Assembly (NCBI GenBank): GCA_003648635.1
Contig: QMPQ01000002.1
Location: 1 to 58,978, forward strand
DNA: 58,978 nucleotides
Direction: 5' to 3'
Source: Bacteroidota bacterium
GTDB lineage: Bacteria; Bacteroidota; Bacteroidia; Bacteroidales; GCA-2748055
How positions within the stretch are numbered: position 1 is the first letter of the stretch; the number at the start of each line of letters is the position of its first letter. Shown here one piece after another: positions 1 to 10,988 of this stretch. The notes under the pieces were generated by a model. The model did no database searches. It was not told where the DNA came from and saw only the letters and a program-made list of their open reading frames with translations. A program made the position numbers and the translations under genes.

Positions 1-108
1 AACCACACCTACGCCAATGAGGCCGCTGGAAAATTCACTTTGTGCCATTGTATTGGAGCTTATCATTGCCATTATTACGATAATTAGAATAAGGGTTAGT
101 TTTTTCAT
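1..108 (-). CDS. hypothetical secreted or outer-membrane protein; only the N-terminal 36 codons are present (gene runs off the left edge)
   Basis: A reverse-strand ATG at 108-106 opens MKKLTLILIIVIMAMISSNTMAQSEFSSGLIGVGVV, which is a signal-peptide-like N-terminus. There is no stop before the window edge. It is absent from the ORF track because it is truncated. Confidence 0.4.
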   Translation of the reverse strand, partial: MKKLTLILIIVIMAMISSNTMAQSEFSSGLIGVGVV

Positions 109-236
109 GGGTTTAAGATTCATATCTGATTAGTTATAGTTGAATCAGTTTGGGAGCCATAATGTATGCATTAATGAGGGGGATAACAAATTCGTGTTAC
201 GATTGTGTATATTTACTATTTACATTAACTGAAGCT

Positions 237-1268
237 ATGAAAGCACTGGTATTAGAGGCGTACAAAAAGCTTGTGTATAAAGATTTTCCAGACCCGATTA
301 CGGGAGATGATGAGGTCCTTATCAAAGTAGAAGCTGTGGGAATATGTGGCTCAGATGTACATGGTATGGATGGCAGTACTGGAAGAAGGATCCCGCCTAT
401 TGTGATGGGCCATGAAGCCGCAGGTACCATCATATCGCTTGGCTCAGACGTGAAGGACTGGAAAGAGGGCGATCGTGTGACCTTCGACTCAACAATCTAT
501 AAACTGGATGACTGGTATACCCGCAAAGGTATGTACAACCTGGGTGACGGGCGTATGGTGCTGGGGGTGTCTCCAGGAGATTATCGCCGCCATGGAGCAT
601 TTGCTGAGTATGTGAATGTACCGCAGCATATCCTCTACAGGATTCCCGACAGCGTCACATTTACCCAGGCCTCCATGGTGGAGCCGGTGGCTGTGGCTGC
701 TCATGCTGTGGAACTGACCCCACTGGAATTAAACGATACAGCAGTGGTGGTGGGATGCGGAATGATCGGACTTTTTGTGGTGCAGGTGCTCAGGGCCAGG
801 GGCTGTGGTAATATCATCGCCATCGACCTGGAGGATGATAAGATTGCCTTGGCTAAAGAATTAGGTGCAGATGCGGGCTTCAATCCCAAAAGAGATGATA
901 TCCACAAAGAAGTGGAGGCCCTTACGGAAGGACGTGGAGCCGATGTGGCCTTTGAAGTGGTTGGAATCTCAGAATCGGTCTTAACTGCTATCGATTCGGT
1001 TCGACGAGGTGCTACGGTGACCCTGGTGGGGAACCTTGCCCCGGTGGCAGAGATTCCTTTGCAGGCTGTAGTGACACAGCAGATCAGGCTCCAGGGAAGC
1101 TGCGCCATCTGTGGTGAATACCCGGCTGTGCTGGATATGATTGCCAGAAGAGAGGTTAATGTGGAGGCGATCCTCAGTGCAGAGGCCCCTCTCTCTGAAG
1201 GGGCGGAGTGGTTTCAACGTCTATATAATAAGGAACCCGGACTGATTAAGGTCGTTTTAAAACCCTGA
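237..1268 (+). CDS. zinc-dependent alcohol/polyol dehydrogenase (MDR family, sorbitol or threonine dehydrogenase-like)
   Basis: Contains GICGSDVH and GHEAAG zinc-ligand motifs and a VVGCGMIGL Rossmann GxGxxG. The ORF is open from 150, but the family-typical N-terminus MKALVLEAYKK starts at the ATG at 237. Confidence 0.85.
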   Translation: MKALVLEAYKKLVYKDFPDPITGDDEVLIKVEAVGICGSDVHGMDGSTGRRIPPIVMGHEAAGTIISLGSDVKDWKEGDRVTFDSTIYKLDDWYTRKGMYNLGDGRMVLGVSPGDYRRHGAFAEYVNVPQHILYRIPDSVTFTQASMVEPVAVAAHAVELTPLELNDTAVVVGCGMIGLFVVQVLRARGCGNIIAIDLEDDKIALAKELGADAGFNPKRDDIHKEVEALTEGRGADVAFEVVGISESVLTAIDSVRRGATVTLVGNLAPVAEIPLQAVVTQQIRLQGSCAICGEYPAVLDMIARREVNVEAILSAEAPLSEGAEWFQRLYNKEPGLIKVVLKP

Positions 1269-1273
1269 CTACA

Positions 1274-2366
1274 ATGATTCAACAATTAAAAACAGCTCTG
1301 GTTGGTGTTGGAAAGGTGACTGATATGCACGCCAGGGCACTGGTTAAGCTGAAGGAATCTCACTTCACGGCTGTTTGTGGCAGAAGCAAAGAGAAGACAG
1401 AAGCTTATGCTGCTAAATACGACATTAAGGCTTATACAGATGTTGGCGAGATGGTATCGAATGAGAAGATTGATGTGGTAATTATATACACCCCATCCCA
1501 ATCATAAAGAACCAACTATCGCGGCACTGGAAGCAGGTGCCCATGTATTGATTGAGAAACCCCTGGCTTCCTCACTTGAGGATTGTGATGCCATGATTGA
1601 AGCTTCAAAAAGATGCGGTAAGCAGATTGGCGTGGTATGCCAGCGCAGATGGTACCATCCGGCCATGCGGGTTAAAGAGGCCATTGATGCCGGCAAGATA
1701 GGGAAACCGGTTTTTGGTACCGTGAATATGCTGGGATGGCGTGATGAGGCCTATTATGAAAGCGACCCCTGGAGGGGAACCTGGAAAGGGGAGGGCGGCG
1801 GTGTGCTGGTGAACCAGGCCCCGCATCAACTGGATATGCTCCAGTGGTTTATGGGAGAAATTGATGAGCTTTACGGACATTGGTCCAACCTGAATCATCC
1901 CTATATAGAGGTGGATGATACAGCAAATGCCATCCTGAAGTTTAAGAGTGGGGCGGTAGCCAATATCATCGTTTCCAATTCTCAAAAACCTGGAATCTTC
2001 GGAAAGGTCCATGTACATGGAGAGAACGGTGCCTCTGTGGGTGTACAGACCGATGGGGGAGCCATGTTTGTGGCTGGAATGTCTGCCATCCTGGAACCAC
2101 CGGTCAATGATATCTGGACCGTTCCGGGAGAGGAGCAGATGCTGCAAGAGTGGATAAAAGAGGACTCGGACTTTTTTAATGGTCTTCCCAGGCAGATGGA
2201 TTATTTCCATGAGCGCAATATCGAGGATTTCCTCCAGGCCATTCTGGAGGGAAGAGAACCGATGATTACCGGCGAGGATGGCCGGGTCACTGTTGAGATT
2301 TTTACAGCTATCTACCGGTCCACGCGAGATGGTATGCCTGTAAAGTGGCCCCTGAAACCTGAGTAG
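1274..2366 (+). pseudogene. Gfo/Idh/MocA family oxidoreductase, interrupted by a frameshift near 1481-1507
   Basis: ORF 1274-1507 (frame 2) is the N-terminal Rossmann part (ALVGVGKV...IDVVIIYTPSQS*). Frame 0 is open from 1482 and reads TPHPNHKEPTIAALEAGAHVLIEKPLA, continuing into ORF 1548-2366. Together they make one normal-length enzyme. Confidence 0.75.
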
Positions 2367-2477
2367 GTACATATTAAACAGCTATTCAGAACCCTTCTAT
2401 TCTTCAGCGAAGGCTGTGGTTATTTCCCAAAAGAGCATTATATTGCCTGTATACTCCTCTATAATTCTGAATCGGCC

Positions 2478-4811
2478 ATGAATAGACAATTTCTAAGAGT
2501 GCTTCTATTGTCCGGATTTCTTATTCCGGCTTTTATTCACTCCTGTACTGAGGAGGAGCCGGTACATTCAGGTCCCGAGCTCAGTTTGTGGTATAATGAG
2601 CCTGCTGAAGTGTGGGAAGAGGCTCTTCCCATTGGGAATGGAAGGCTGGGAGCCATGGTTTTCGGCCGAACGGATGTGGAGCGGATCCAGTTGAACGAAG
2701 AATCGCTCTGGAGCAGAAAGGGTGCTTATGAAAATGCTGACGGAAGCAAAGCTATTCCTGCGATAAGGGAGCTGCTGTTTGATGGAAAGTACAAGGAAGC
2801 CCAGGAGCTCGCAGTGCAGGAGCTTTTGCAGGAAAGACTTCCCACCGGAACCAATGCTTACCAGACACTGGGGGATATTACAATCATCTACGAGGATTCC
2901 GCGGAAGTTACGGACTACAAAAGGACACTTCTGCTGGATAGTGCAATGGTTCATGTAGACTATACAAGGAGCGGAGTGGACTACCATCGTGAGATTTTTT
3001 CATCGGCAGTGGATAAAGTTATTGTATACAAGGAGAGAGCCAGTAAAGGAGGAAAGATCGACTGTACCATCCAGCTATCCAGACCCGGAGATGGTGAGGT
3101 GGTTATGTATAAAGACGATATGATCTTTATGAAGCAGCATGTGGACAATGGTCAGGGCGTACTCTACGAAGCAAGGCTAAAGGTGCTCCTGAAAGATGGC
3201 CATATCCACTCAACTGGTTTTGGTTTAGAGGTGCATGGAACTACCGATCTTGAAATCAGGTTGTTCGCAGCCACAGATTATTTTGGCGAAGCGAGATGGG
3301 AAGAGTGCGAGGATTGTATGCATCAGACCATGAAATGCAATTACACCCGGGTATTGAGAGAACATATATTGGAGTACCAGGGTCTGTTCAACAGGGTAAG
3401 TTTAGACCTGGGATCGTCTCGCTATTGTGATCGTCCAACCAATGAGCGGCTGGAGCTTGTTTCGAAAGGGAAGGATGATCCGGGACTGGCGGCACTCTAT
3501 TTTAATTACGGGCGATATTTGCTGATCAGCAGCTCACGAGAGGGCAATCTGCCAGCCAACCTGCAGGGAATCTGGAACGAGCATCTGGAGCCACCCTGGA
3601 ACTCGGATTATCATATCAATATCAACCTGCAGATGAATTATTGGCCGGCCGAGGTCACCAACCTTTCCGAGTGCCATATACCTTATCTGAAGTTCCTGGG
3701 AGAGCTTAGGGAGAATGGACGGGAGACAGCTCAGAAGACTTATAATTGCAGAGGATTTGTGGCACACCATACCACCGATGTCTGGCATCAGACCCAGTTG
3801 TTTGGTTCGCCGAACTGGGGCATGTGGCCCATGGGAGCTGCCTGGTCTGCCACCCATATATGGGAGAATTTCCTTTTTACCGGTGATACTACTTTTCTGA
3901 TGGATTATGGTTATGATGTTATGCGGGAAGCTGCCCTCTTTATGTCCGATTTCCTGGTGGAACACCCAAAAACGGGCAAGCTGGTAAGCGGACCCTCACT
4001 TTCACCTGAGAATCGGTTCATTACACCGGCGGGCGATACTGCTGCCATTAACATGGGTCCGGCCATGGACCTTCAGATTATCTGGCATCTTTTCACTTCG
4101 GTAATCGAAGCCAGTCAGGTACTGGACAAGGATGCTGAGTTCAGAGCTGTATTAGAAGCCCAGGTGGAGCAACTGGCCCCTGTGGAAATTGGCAGCGACG
4201 GCAGGATACTGGAGTGGTCCGAAGAGGGCCTGGTAGAACTTGAACCCGGACACAGGCATATCTCACATCTCTACGGCCTTTATCCTTCCCCTCAATATAA
4301 TTGGGCCGATAGCCCGGAATATATGGAGGCTGCTGAAAAGGTGCTTGACTATCGCCTGAAGCATGGGGGTGGACACACCGGTTGGAGCAGGGCCTGGATA
4401 ATCAACTTCTATGCTCGTCTAAAGGATGCAGAACAGGCTTACTACCATGTTCAGAAGCTTTTTGAGCTTTCCACACACCCCAACCTCTTTGATAATCATC
4501 CTCCTTTCCAGATCGATGGAAACTTTGGGGGAACAGCCGGGATAGCCGAGATGCTTTTACAGTCACATGCGGGTTATGTTGAGCTGCTACCCGCCCTTCC
4601 GGATGAGTGGGAGAACGGCAGTGTAAGCGGATTGATGGCCCGGGGAGGATTCCAGATAGATATGGCCTGGAGTGACGGAGAGCTGAGCGAGCTGCAGATT
4701 CTTTCAAAACTGGGCTCTACCCTGGAGCTCAGATTTGCCTCCAGTGAAGCGTCCCTGGCAACCACTCCAGGTCAGCTAATCACCCTGGAGGATGTTCTCC
4801 GGGTACTTTAA
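2478..4811 (+). CDS. glycoside hydrolase family 95 (alpha-L-fucosidase-type), lipoprotein
   Basis: 777 aa. N-terminus [27 protein letters not shown]...[11 protein letters not shown] is the characteristic GH95 N-terminal domain. It also has NLQGIWN and NINLQMNYW blocks and a lipobox-like signal (AFIHSC). Confidence 0.85.
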   Translation: MNRQFLRVLLLSGFLIPAFIHSCTEEEPVHSGPELSLWYNEPAEVWEEALPIGNGRLGAMVFGRTDVERIQLNEESLWSRKGAYENADGSKAIPAIRELLFDGKYKEAQELAVQELLQERLPTGTNAYQTLGDITIIYEDSAEVTDYKRTLLLDSAMVHVDYTRSGVDYHREIFSSAVDKVIVYKERASKGGKIDCTIQLSRPGDGEVVMYKDDMIFMKQHVDNGQGVLYEARLKVLLKDGHIHSTGFGLEVHGTTDLEIRLFAATDYFGEARWEECEDCMHQTMKCNYTRVLREHILEYQGLFNRVSLDLGSSRYCDRPTNERLELVSKGKDDPGLAALYFNYGRYLLISSSREGNLPANLQGIWNEHLEPPWNSDYHININLQMNYWPAEVTNLSECHIPYLKFLGELRENGRETAQKTYNCRGFVAHHTTDVWHQTQLFGSPNWGMWPMGAAWSATHIWENFLFTGDTTFLMDYGYDVMREAALFMSDFLVEHPKTGKLVSGPSLSPENRFITPAGDTAAINMGPAMDLQIIWHLFTSVIEASQVLDKDAEFRAVLEAQVEQLAPVEIGSDGRILEWSEEGLVELEPGHRHISHLYGLYPSPQYNWADSPEYMEAAEKVLDYRLKHGGGHTGWSRAWIINFYARLKDAEQAYYHVQKLFELSTHPNLFDNHPPFQIDGNFGGTAGIAEMLLQSHAGYVELLPALPDEWENGSVSGLMARGGFQIDMAWSDGELSELQILSKLGSTLELRFASSEASLATTPGQLITLEDVLRVL

Positions 4812-4819
4812 GCGTTCGT

Positions 4820-5959
4820 ATGATGAGTAAACAGATTCGCTCAGGTCACATAGGGATTCTCACTTCCGGTGGCGATACGCCCGGATTAAATGCAGCAATT
4901 CGTGGAATTGGTAAGAAGGCAGCTTCACAAGCAAACTCCATGCAGGTGATCGGATTCAGGGATGGATTCCGGGGTTTAATGGAAAACCGCACGGTTCGAA
5001 TGGACAATAGTATGCTTTCGGGAATTCTTACCCTGGGAGGAACCATCCTGGGAACCAGCCGGGATAAACCTCATAAGATGCCTATGGGAGGAAAACTGGT
5101 GGATATGACAGATGTAATTGTGGAAAACTACCATAAGAACCACCTTGATGCCCTGGTTTGTATGGGGGGTGGAGGTACCCTGAAGAATGCTTACAGGCTC
5201 TCCAAAAAGGGGTGTAATATCATTCATCTTCCTAAAACGATTGACAATGATATCATTGGTACTGATGTGACTTTTGGCTTTGATACAGCCCTGGGAATTG
5301 CAGTGGATGCTATCGACCGTTTGCACAGTACTGCTTCCAGTCATCACAGGATTATTATCGTGGAGATTATGGGCCACAAAGTGGGATGGCTGGCCCTTGG
5401 CGCCGGAATGGCCGGTGGAGCCGATGCGATCCTGATTCCAGAGATCCCCTATACCATCGATAAGCTGGCAGACAGTATCCTGGAGCGGGTTAGCCGCGGA
5501 AAGAGGTTCAGTATCGTTGCAGTGGCTGAGGGGGCCATCACCGTGGAAGGATCTAATAAGATCCGGGCTATTGAGAAAAAACTGGATGGCACAGAATGGG
5601 ATGAGCGTGCCAAACTTAAGGCAAAGTTATCAGCTCTGGATAACGAGTACCGGGGATCAACTATGGAGATGGCCCGGGAACTGGAGGTGATCACAGGACT
5701 TGAAACCCGGGTAACCATCCTGGGGCATCTGCAGCGAGGAGGGACTCCTTCAGCACTTGACAGGATGCTGGCCACACGTCTTGGAACAGCTGCCATCGAT
5801 TATATCAAGGAGGAACAGTTCGGGATTATGGTAGCAGTTGATGGCGAAAGCACCAGAGCCGTTCCGATGGGAGACACAGCCGGGAAAATCAACTATGTAC
5901 CCCCGGATCATTCATGGGTGGTCACCGCCAGGAACCTCGCAACCAGTTTCGGAGATTAG
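4820..5959 (+). CDS. pfkA: 6-phosphofructokinase (ATP-dependent type by motif)
   Basis: Motifs [36 protein letters not shown] and MGHKVGWLA. The gene starts 9 nt after the GH95 stop. Confidence 0.85.
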   Translation: MMSKQIRSGHIGILTSGGDTPGLNAAIRGIGKKAASQANSMQVIGFRDGFRGLMENRTVRMDNSMLSGILTLGGTILGTSRDKPHKMPMGGKLVDMTDVIVENYHKNHLDALVCMGGGGTLKNAYRLSKKGCNIIHLPKTIDNDIIGTDVTFGFDTALGIAVDAIDRLHSTASSHHRIIIVEIMGHKVGWLALGAGMAGGADAILIPEIPYTIDKLADSILERVSRGKRFSIVAVAEGAITVEGSNKIRAIEKKLDGTEWDERAKLKAKLSALDNEYRGSTMEMARELEVITGLETRVTILGHLQRGGTPSALDRMLATRLGTAAIDYIKEEQFGIMVAVDGESTRAVPMGDTAGKINYVPPDHSWVVTARNLATSFGD

Positions 5960-6010
5960 TTTGCGGGGATGTCTGGTGGCCCGGGGTCGCAAGCGGCCAG
6001 CCGGCTGAAG

Positions 6011-7489
6011 TTAGTCCAGGCTTCTTACCCGGTCGATAAGCTCGATATACTCTTCCCTGAATCCGAAGGGGTCATAGGACAGGGCACTGCTGGCCCACTC
6101 TTTCACCTGGTCATAACTCACTTCTCCACTGTATTCAGAGTTTTTTAACAGCATTCCAAATCCGGCCAGGGAAGCCGCGAAACGCATGTTCTCGGAGCTA
6201 AGTGCAAATTCATCCCTGTTGTTATTCAGGCTGTGTACCAGCAACCTACTCTGCTCCTGTCCGGGCCTCTTATACCTGAACTCAAGGTCCCCAAAGCTAC
6301 CCGATGCGCTGCCTCTGGGAACTACCTGGTAAAATGCTGTGATGGTCTGGGATGCTCCGATCTCCCCGGCATCGACCGTGTCATTTTCGAACTCGGTATC
6401 CTCAAGCGCCCTGTTTTCATATCCGATAAGCCGGTAGGAATCCACAAAGGTGGGATCGAATGAAACCTGGATCTTAGCATCTTTGGCCACGGTAAAGAAC
6501 TTGTCATATTCCTGTACAAACACTTTGTAGATCTGATCCCCGTTGTCGATGTATTCATAGCTGCCGTCTCCTTTGTTGGCCACCTGCTCCATCATGGACT
6601 CATTCAGGTTGCCATGCCCTACTCCGCAGATGGTCAGGAAGACCCCCAGTTCACGAAAATCCTGTACCATCTCAATAAGTGCTTTGGTGGAGGAGACCCC
6701 CACATTGAAGTCCCCATCGGTTCCCAGCACAATCCGGTTATTGCCGCCTTCTATAAAGTTGTCTGTGGCAATTTCATAGGCCATTTCCATGGCTGCGCCT
6801 CCGGCCGTGCTTCCTCCGGCCGTTAGTTTATCAATCGCCTTTTTGATCTGATCGGTTTCAGATCCGCTTACTGACTCCAGGGCCACACTAACACTTCCAG
6901 AGTATGTTACAATGGCTACCCGGTCATTTTCAGTAAGTTGTTCGGTCAGTCTCTTAAAACCCGATTTAAGCACGCCGATCTTATCTTCGCCAGCCATGGA
7001 GCCCGACACATCAATGAGGAAAACAAAATTGGCAGGGGGACGGTCCCCGTTCAGCTCCTTGCCTTTGAGGCCAATCCGCAGGAGGTAGTGCTCCGTGTTC
7101 CAGGGACATACTGCAGTTTCGCTGTTAATGGATACATGCTCAGAGGATGGATCGGGATAGTCAAAGTTAAAGTAATTGATGAATTCTTCCACCCGGACTG
7201 CCTCCGGGGGGATCCTGTAACCGTCACTCTCGTACCCTCTCATATTGGCATAGGAGGCCCCATCAGCATCAATGCCAAAAGTTGAAACCGGATCTTCACT
7301 TGCATTGATAAATGGATTTTCACCAAAATCAGTGTACTGGTCGCCTTCGCCTCCACTATACCCATTGTTAGTTAATCCATACAGGCCATCGGCTTTTGAG
7401 TAGAGCCCATCGTTCATCACAGATTCAGGCTCGGAGCAGGAGAAAGCTGAAAGTGCCATGACCGTCAGCAAGATCCATAGATTTTTCAT
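6011..7489 (-). CDS. von Willebrand factor type A domain lipoprotein (YfbK-like)
   Basis: Lipoprotein signal MALSAFSC. MIDAS motif in VFLIDVSGSMAGEDK. The length (492 aa) and a C-terminal extension are typical of the vWA/DUF3520 architecture. Confidence 0.75.
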   Translation of the reverse strand: MKNLWILLTVMALSAFSCSEPESVMNDGLYSKADGLYGLTNNGYSGGEGDQYTDFGENPFINASEDPVSTFGIDADGASYANMRGYESDGYRIPPEAVRVEEFINYFNFDYPDPSSEHVSINSETAVCPWNTEHYLLRIGLKGKELNGDRPPANFVFLIDVSGSMAGEDKIGVLKSGFKRLTEQLTENDRVAIVTYSGSVSVALESVSGSETDQIKKAIDKLTAGGSTAGGAAMEMAYEIATDNFIEGGNNRIVLGTDGDFNVGVSSTKALIEMVQDFRELGVFLTICGVGHGNLNESMMEQVANKGDGSYEYIDNGDQIYKVFVQEYDKFFTVAKDAKIQVSFDPTFVDSYRLIGYENRALEDTEFENDTVDAGEIGASQTITAFYQVVPRGSASGSFGDLEFRYKRPGQEQSRLLVHSLNNNRDEFALSSENMRFAASLAGFGMLLKNSEYSGEVSYDQVKEWASSALSYDPFGFREEYIELIDRVRSLD

Positions 7490-7608
7490 CTTGAGAGTTT
7501 TAAGGATTGATACTGCTCCTAAGATGCACCCGCTGGACGATGGGTTGCGTAGAACCTAATCCTAAAAGGGAGAATTTCCCATTATGTTTTCCCCTTATGT
7601 GGACAGGC

Positions 7609-9096
7609 TTATTCCTCTTCAGGCCTGTAGGAAGGGTGCCTGGGGCCATAACCCAGGTAGGGGACCATATCAAATTCATCCCCGCCTCCTGTGGCCCTGG
7701 GATCGCCCGTGGCCAGTAATTGTTCCATTAGCTGAGCCGAGAGTTTCTCTTTGATCTCTTCATAGTTGGGATCGTCTGCCAGGTTCACAAGCTGCTCCGG
7801 ATCCTTCCGGCAATCGTAAAGTTCTTCAGCAGGACGTTTGCCAAAGGCCAGTTCATAGAGCTCCTGGTGTTGCGGATCCCTGTCTTTGTTTTCCACCATG
7901 TAACTCTTGGTGGGGCCATTGTCGCAATCGCCCAGCCAGCAGTAAGGGATGGCCGCTTCCTTGTAGTTGGGAGTCCCCGAAGGCCAGCGCTCTTCTTTAA
8001 AGTTCCGGATGTAGAGGTAGTCATGGGTACGGATGGCACGAACAGGGTAGCCTCCCATATTTTCTTCCTGTCCGGGTACATGCCGCTCCTTTCCATGTAA
8101 AACAAAACCTCGATGCTCCATGTCCACCTTTCCCTCTTCTGAACTTTGCAAGAGCTTCATGAAACTTTGTCCTGTCATCACCTCAGGTAAAGCAACTCCC
8201 GCCAGCTCCAGGAAGGTGGGGGCCAGATCGGTGGTGCTGATAAAATCGTCCAGCACGCGACCGGGATTTTTAATTCCGGAACCCCAGCGTACGGCAAAAG
8301 GGATTCTGGCTCCTGAATCATAATTATTGGATTTACAACGGGGGAAGGGCATTCCATGATCGCCAGTCATCACGATAATAGTATTCTCCAGCTCCCCATA
8401 CTCTTCCAGGATTTTAATGGCACTGGCCACCAGGGTGTCGAAACGCTGTACCTCGTAGTAGTAATCAGCCACATCGCTACGTACGATTTCATTATCGGGA
8501 AAACACTCAAAGAGGCGGATTTTCTCCAGATCCATGCCACTCTGTGCACCGCTTCCTGTGTCGTAGGGTCTGTGTGGGTCCGAAGTGCCCAAAAAGAAAC
8601 AGAAGGGCTGGTCATCTTTACGCTCTGCCATAAATGTTTCAAATCCGGTTTTGGTGTAGTCATGACCTGCCGGATGACGTTCCCAGTCACTGATATCACC
8701 AGGGCCCCAGCTTTTTCGGAAGCGCCCGATCTTGTATCCTGCATCCTCCAGTAAGAGGGGATAGACCGGTGTGGCAGGATCCAGGGTGCTCCAGAGATTA
8801 GCTCCTGGTCCCAGCCGCCAGTGGTACTGTCCCGTTAGAATTGCGTTCCGGGATGGCGTGCATGAAGGGGAGGAGATATAGGCATGGTTAAAGAGAACTC
8901 CTTCCTCGGCCAATCTGTCAAAGGCAGGAGTCTGCACCACCGGATCACCATAAATGCTTGCATGGGGCCATCCCCAGTCATCCGCAATGGCAAAAAGGAT
9001 ATTGGGTGGCTGGACCGTTTCTTTTTCGCATCCGGAAATTAACAGGGCCATTGCCCCCAGACAGGCCGGGAGGATAAGAAATAGAGCTTTTTTCAT
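7609..9096 (-). CDS. S1-family sulfatase (formylglycine-dependent)
   Basis: SSPSCTPSRNAILTG contains the C-x-P-x-R formylglycine motif. The N-terminus NILFAIADDWGW is a metal-binding block. Lipobox LISGC. 495 aa. Confidence 0.85.
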   Translation of the reverse strand: MKKALFLILPACLGAMALLISGCEKETVQPPNILFAIADDWGWPHASIYGDPVVQTPAFDRLAEEGVLFNHAYISSPSCTPSRNAILTGQYHWRLGPGANLWSTLDPATPVYPLLLEDAGYKIGRFRKSWGPGDISDWERHPAGHDYTKTGFETFMAERKDDQPFCFFLGTSDPHRPYDTGSGAQSGMDLEKIRLFECFPDNEIVRSDVADYYYEVQRFDTLVASAIKILEEYGELENTIIVMTGDHGMPFPRCKSNNYDSGARIPFAVRWGSGIKNPGRVLDDFISTTDLAPTFLELAGVALPEVMTGQSFMKLLQSSEEGKVDMEHRGFVLHGKERHVPGQEENMGGYPVRAIRTHDYLYIRNFKEERWPSGTPNYKEAAIPYCWLGDCDNGPTKSYMVENKDRDPQHQELYELAFGKRPAEELYDCRKDPEQLVNLADDPNYEEIKEKLSAQLMEQLLATGDPRATGGGDEFDMVPYLGYGPRHPSYRPEEE

Positions 9097-9129
9097 GGGT
9101 AAAGATTTTATTGGTTTTTTGTAGGAATA

Positions 9130-9894
9130 CTAGCTGTCGAGCCACTCCTTAAAGCTTGCTACACGCTCTCTGCTTATGTAAATTTCGTCATCATCAGAGT
9201 GTGTCAGGTTCACCTTTAATTTGCTGGATGAGAGGGTAATCGTGTCGATAATGGCCTCATGCGTAATCAGATATCTCCGGTTGATCCGGTGGAAAAGGAG
9301 CGGATCCAGCAGCTCTTCCAATTTGCCAAGCGTATAATCAACCACATAATTGTGTTTATCAGAAGTATGAAGGTAGGTTCCTTTCTGAAGGCTGTAGAAA
9401 TAGAGAATACTCCCCACATCTACTGTCCTGATATGATCACCTACCCGGACCATAAAACGCGATTTATGGGGCCTGCTGATCATATCCCTGATGTTCTGCA
9501 AAATATCTCCCCCAATGTTAGGTATGCTTAATTCTCGATTGTAGTAACGCTTGTATTTATCCAGAGCGGCACGCAGATTCTCCTCCGATACAGGCTTTAA
9601 TAGGTAATCTACACTGTTCACCTTGAAAGCCTTGATGGCATACTCCTGGAATGCTGTGATAAAGATGACAGGAACCTCGATTTTTACTTCATTGAAAATA
9701 TCAAAGGAGAGACCATCTGCCAGTTGGATATCCATAAATACCAGGTCGGGTTTCACATCGGTCTTAAACCATTCCACCGATCGTTTTACCGAATCGATGA
9801 TGCCAAGGACCTCAATTCCGGGATCGATTTGCCGGAGCAGGGTGGCGATTCGTTCAGCAGTCAGATGTTCATCTTCAATAATTACGACCTTCAT
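9130..9894 (-). CDS. LytTR-family response regulator
   Basis: Receiver domain (KVVIIEDE...LVFMDIQLADG) plus a C-terminal LytTR DNA-binding domain. The ATG at 9894 overlaps the upstream kinase TGA by 1 nt (GTGATGA). The track start at 9897 is a GTG. Confidence 0.85.
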   Translation of the reverse strand: MKVVIIEDEHLTAERIATLLRQIDPGIEVLGIIDSVKRSVEWFKTDVKPDLVFMDIQLADGLSFDIFNEVKIEVPVIFITAFQEYAIKAFKVNSVDYLLKPVSEENLRAALDKYKRYYNRELSIPNIGGDILQNIRDMISRPHKSRFMVRVGDHIRTVDVGSILYFYSLQKGTYLHTSDKHNYVVDYTLGKLEELLDPLLFHRINRRYLITHEAIIDTITLSSSKLKVNLTHSDDDEIYISRERVASFKEWLDS

Positions 9895-10943
9895 CACGCT
9901 CCTGTTTTTCTGGTAAGGGTGGGCATTCTAACAACGAAAGCATCAGCTTCTTCCAGTACCAGCAAGGGATCGGGTGAAAAATATGTAATCTGCTTTCTCA
10001 GGTTCTCAAGTCCGGTGCCCAGTGAGGGCTCGGAGACCTCCCTTCGTTGAAGGTTGTTCCTAACAATCACATGCCCCTTGCCTGTGGAGGTGATTTCGAT
10101 GATCAGAGGATGTTCCCTGGAAATCTCATTGTGTTTGATGGCATTCTCCACCAGCATTTGCAGTGATAGGGGGATTACCATCCTTTTGAGGTTGAGCTCC
10201 AGCTTGTTTTCTACCTGCAGATTTTCGCCGAACCTGATCTTTTGAAGGAAAATATAATCCTCCATGAATTTCAGGTCATCCTTCAGCGGTACCAGCTCGT
10301 TTTCGCGCTGCTCCAGCACATAGCGGTATACATCGGATAGCTTGTGCACAAAGAGAGTGGCCTTCTCCGTATCTGTATTGATCAGAGTGGCCAGTGAACT
10401 GAGACTGTTAAACAGGAAGTGTGGCCTTACCTGGTCTTTCAACGATTGGTATTGCAGGGCCAGGTGGGCCCTTTTTAACTCCTCCTGCTGGATGGCCGAT
10501 TTCTTCCAGTTCTTAAAGAATAGCACGGCATTCCCAAGAACCAATGAGAGGAGCATAAAGGTGAAGGCCACTTTCAGGCTCCGGATCCCATCACTCATGA
10601 TTGCTTTGAAGCTAATTCCTTCCACCAGATTTACCCATACAAAAAATGCGATAAATATGATCAGTGCAAAAAAGAGGCCCAGGGCCGCTACCTGGTAGAT
10701 CATCCTTTTGATAGGCGACTTAAGCCAGGGAATTCTCCGTTCCAGGACCAGGGTGATCCACATCATCCCTTTCCAGGCAGGATAGCCGATGGCCACTGAA
10801 AATATGCAGTTGCGGATTACTGTCTCCAGATTCCACATTTCCTTTGGGATGGTGAATATGGACAGCACATTGCCAATGAGGATCAGAATCAGCAGATCCC
10901 TGAGCAGGTTCAGAAAGGTTCTAATGGCCTTTTTCCGATTCAT
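9894..10943 (-). CDS. LytS-type sensor histidine kinase (PF06580-like)
   Basis: Multi-TM N-terminal half, an H-box RPHFLFNSLSSL, and a C-terminal HATPase region (ENAIKH...GTGLENL). Translationally coupled to the LytTR regulator. Confidence 0.8.
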   Translation of the reverse strand: MNRKKAIRTFLNLLRDLLILILIGNVLSIFTIPKEMWNLETVIRNCIFSVAIGYPAWKGMMWITLVLERRIPWLKSPIKRMIYQVAALGLFFALIIFIAFFVWVNLVEGISFKAIMSDGIRSLKVAFTFMLLSLVLGNAVLFFKNWKKSAIQQEELKRAHLALQYQSLKDQVRPHFLFNSLSSLATLINTDTEKATLFVHKLSDVYRYVLEQRENELVPLKDDLKFMEDYIFLQKIRFGENLQVENKLELNLKRMVIPLSLQMLVENAIKHNEISREHPLIIEITSTGKGHVIVRNNLQRREVSEPSLGTGLENLRKQITYFSPDPLLVLEEADAFVVRMPTLTRKTGA

Positions 10944-10988
10944 AAGGTGCTTGTCAAGGGCAACACAAGATACTTATTTGATCTTAAC

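Noticed and set aside
150-236. N-terminal extensions offered by the ORF track, here on the Zn-dehydrogenase. Similar cases: 31157-31219, 46885-46914, 48651-48674, 49788-49919, 56403-56447 and 57409-57564.
   Set aside because: The extensions precede family-typical N-termini or signal peptides. Several begin at non-ATG codons or overlap the upstream gene, so internal ATG starts were chosen.
4993-5000. GGTTCGAA, a tRNA T-arm-like string (also near 980)
   Set aside because: It lies inside well-supported coding sequence, with no acceptor or anticodon stem context. No tRNA genes were found in the window.
5960-6010. Possible terminator hairpin between the convergent pfk and vWA genes
   Set aside because: Only short or imperfect pairings (TGGCC...GGCCA and the self-complementary CAGCCGGCTG) with no U-tract. 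Too weak to call.
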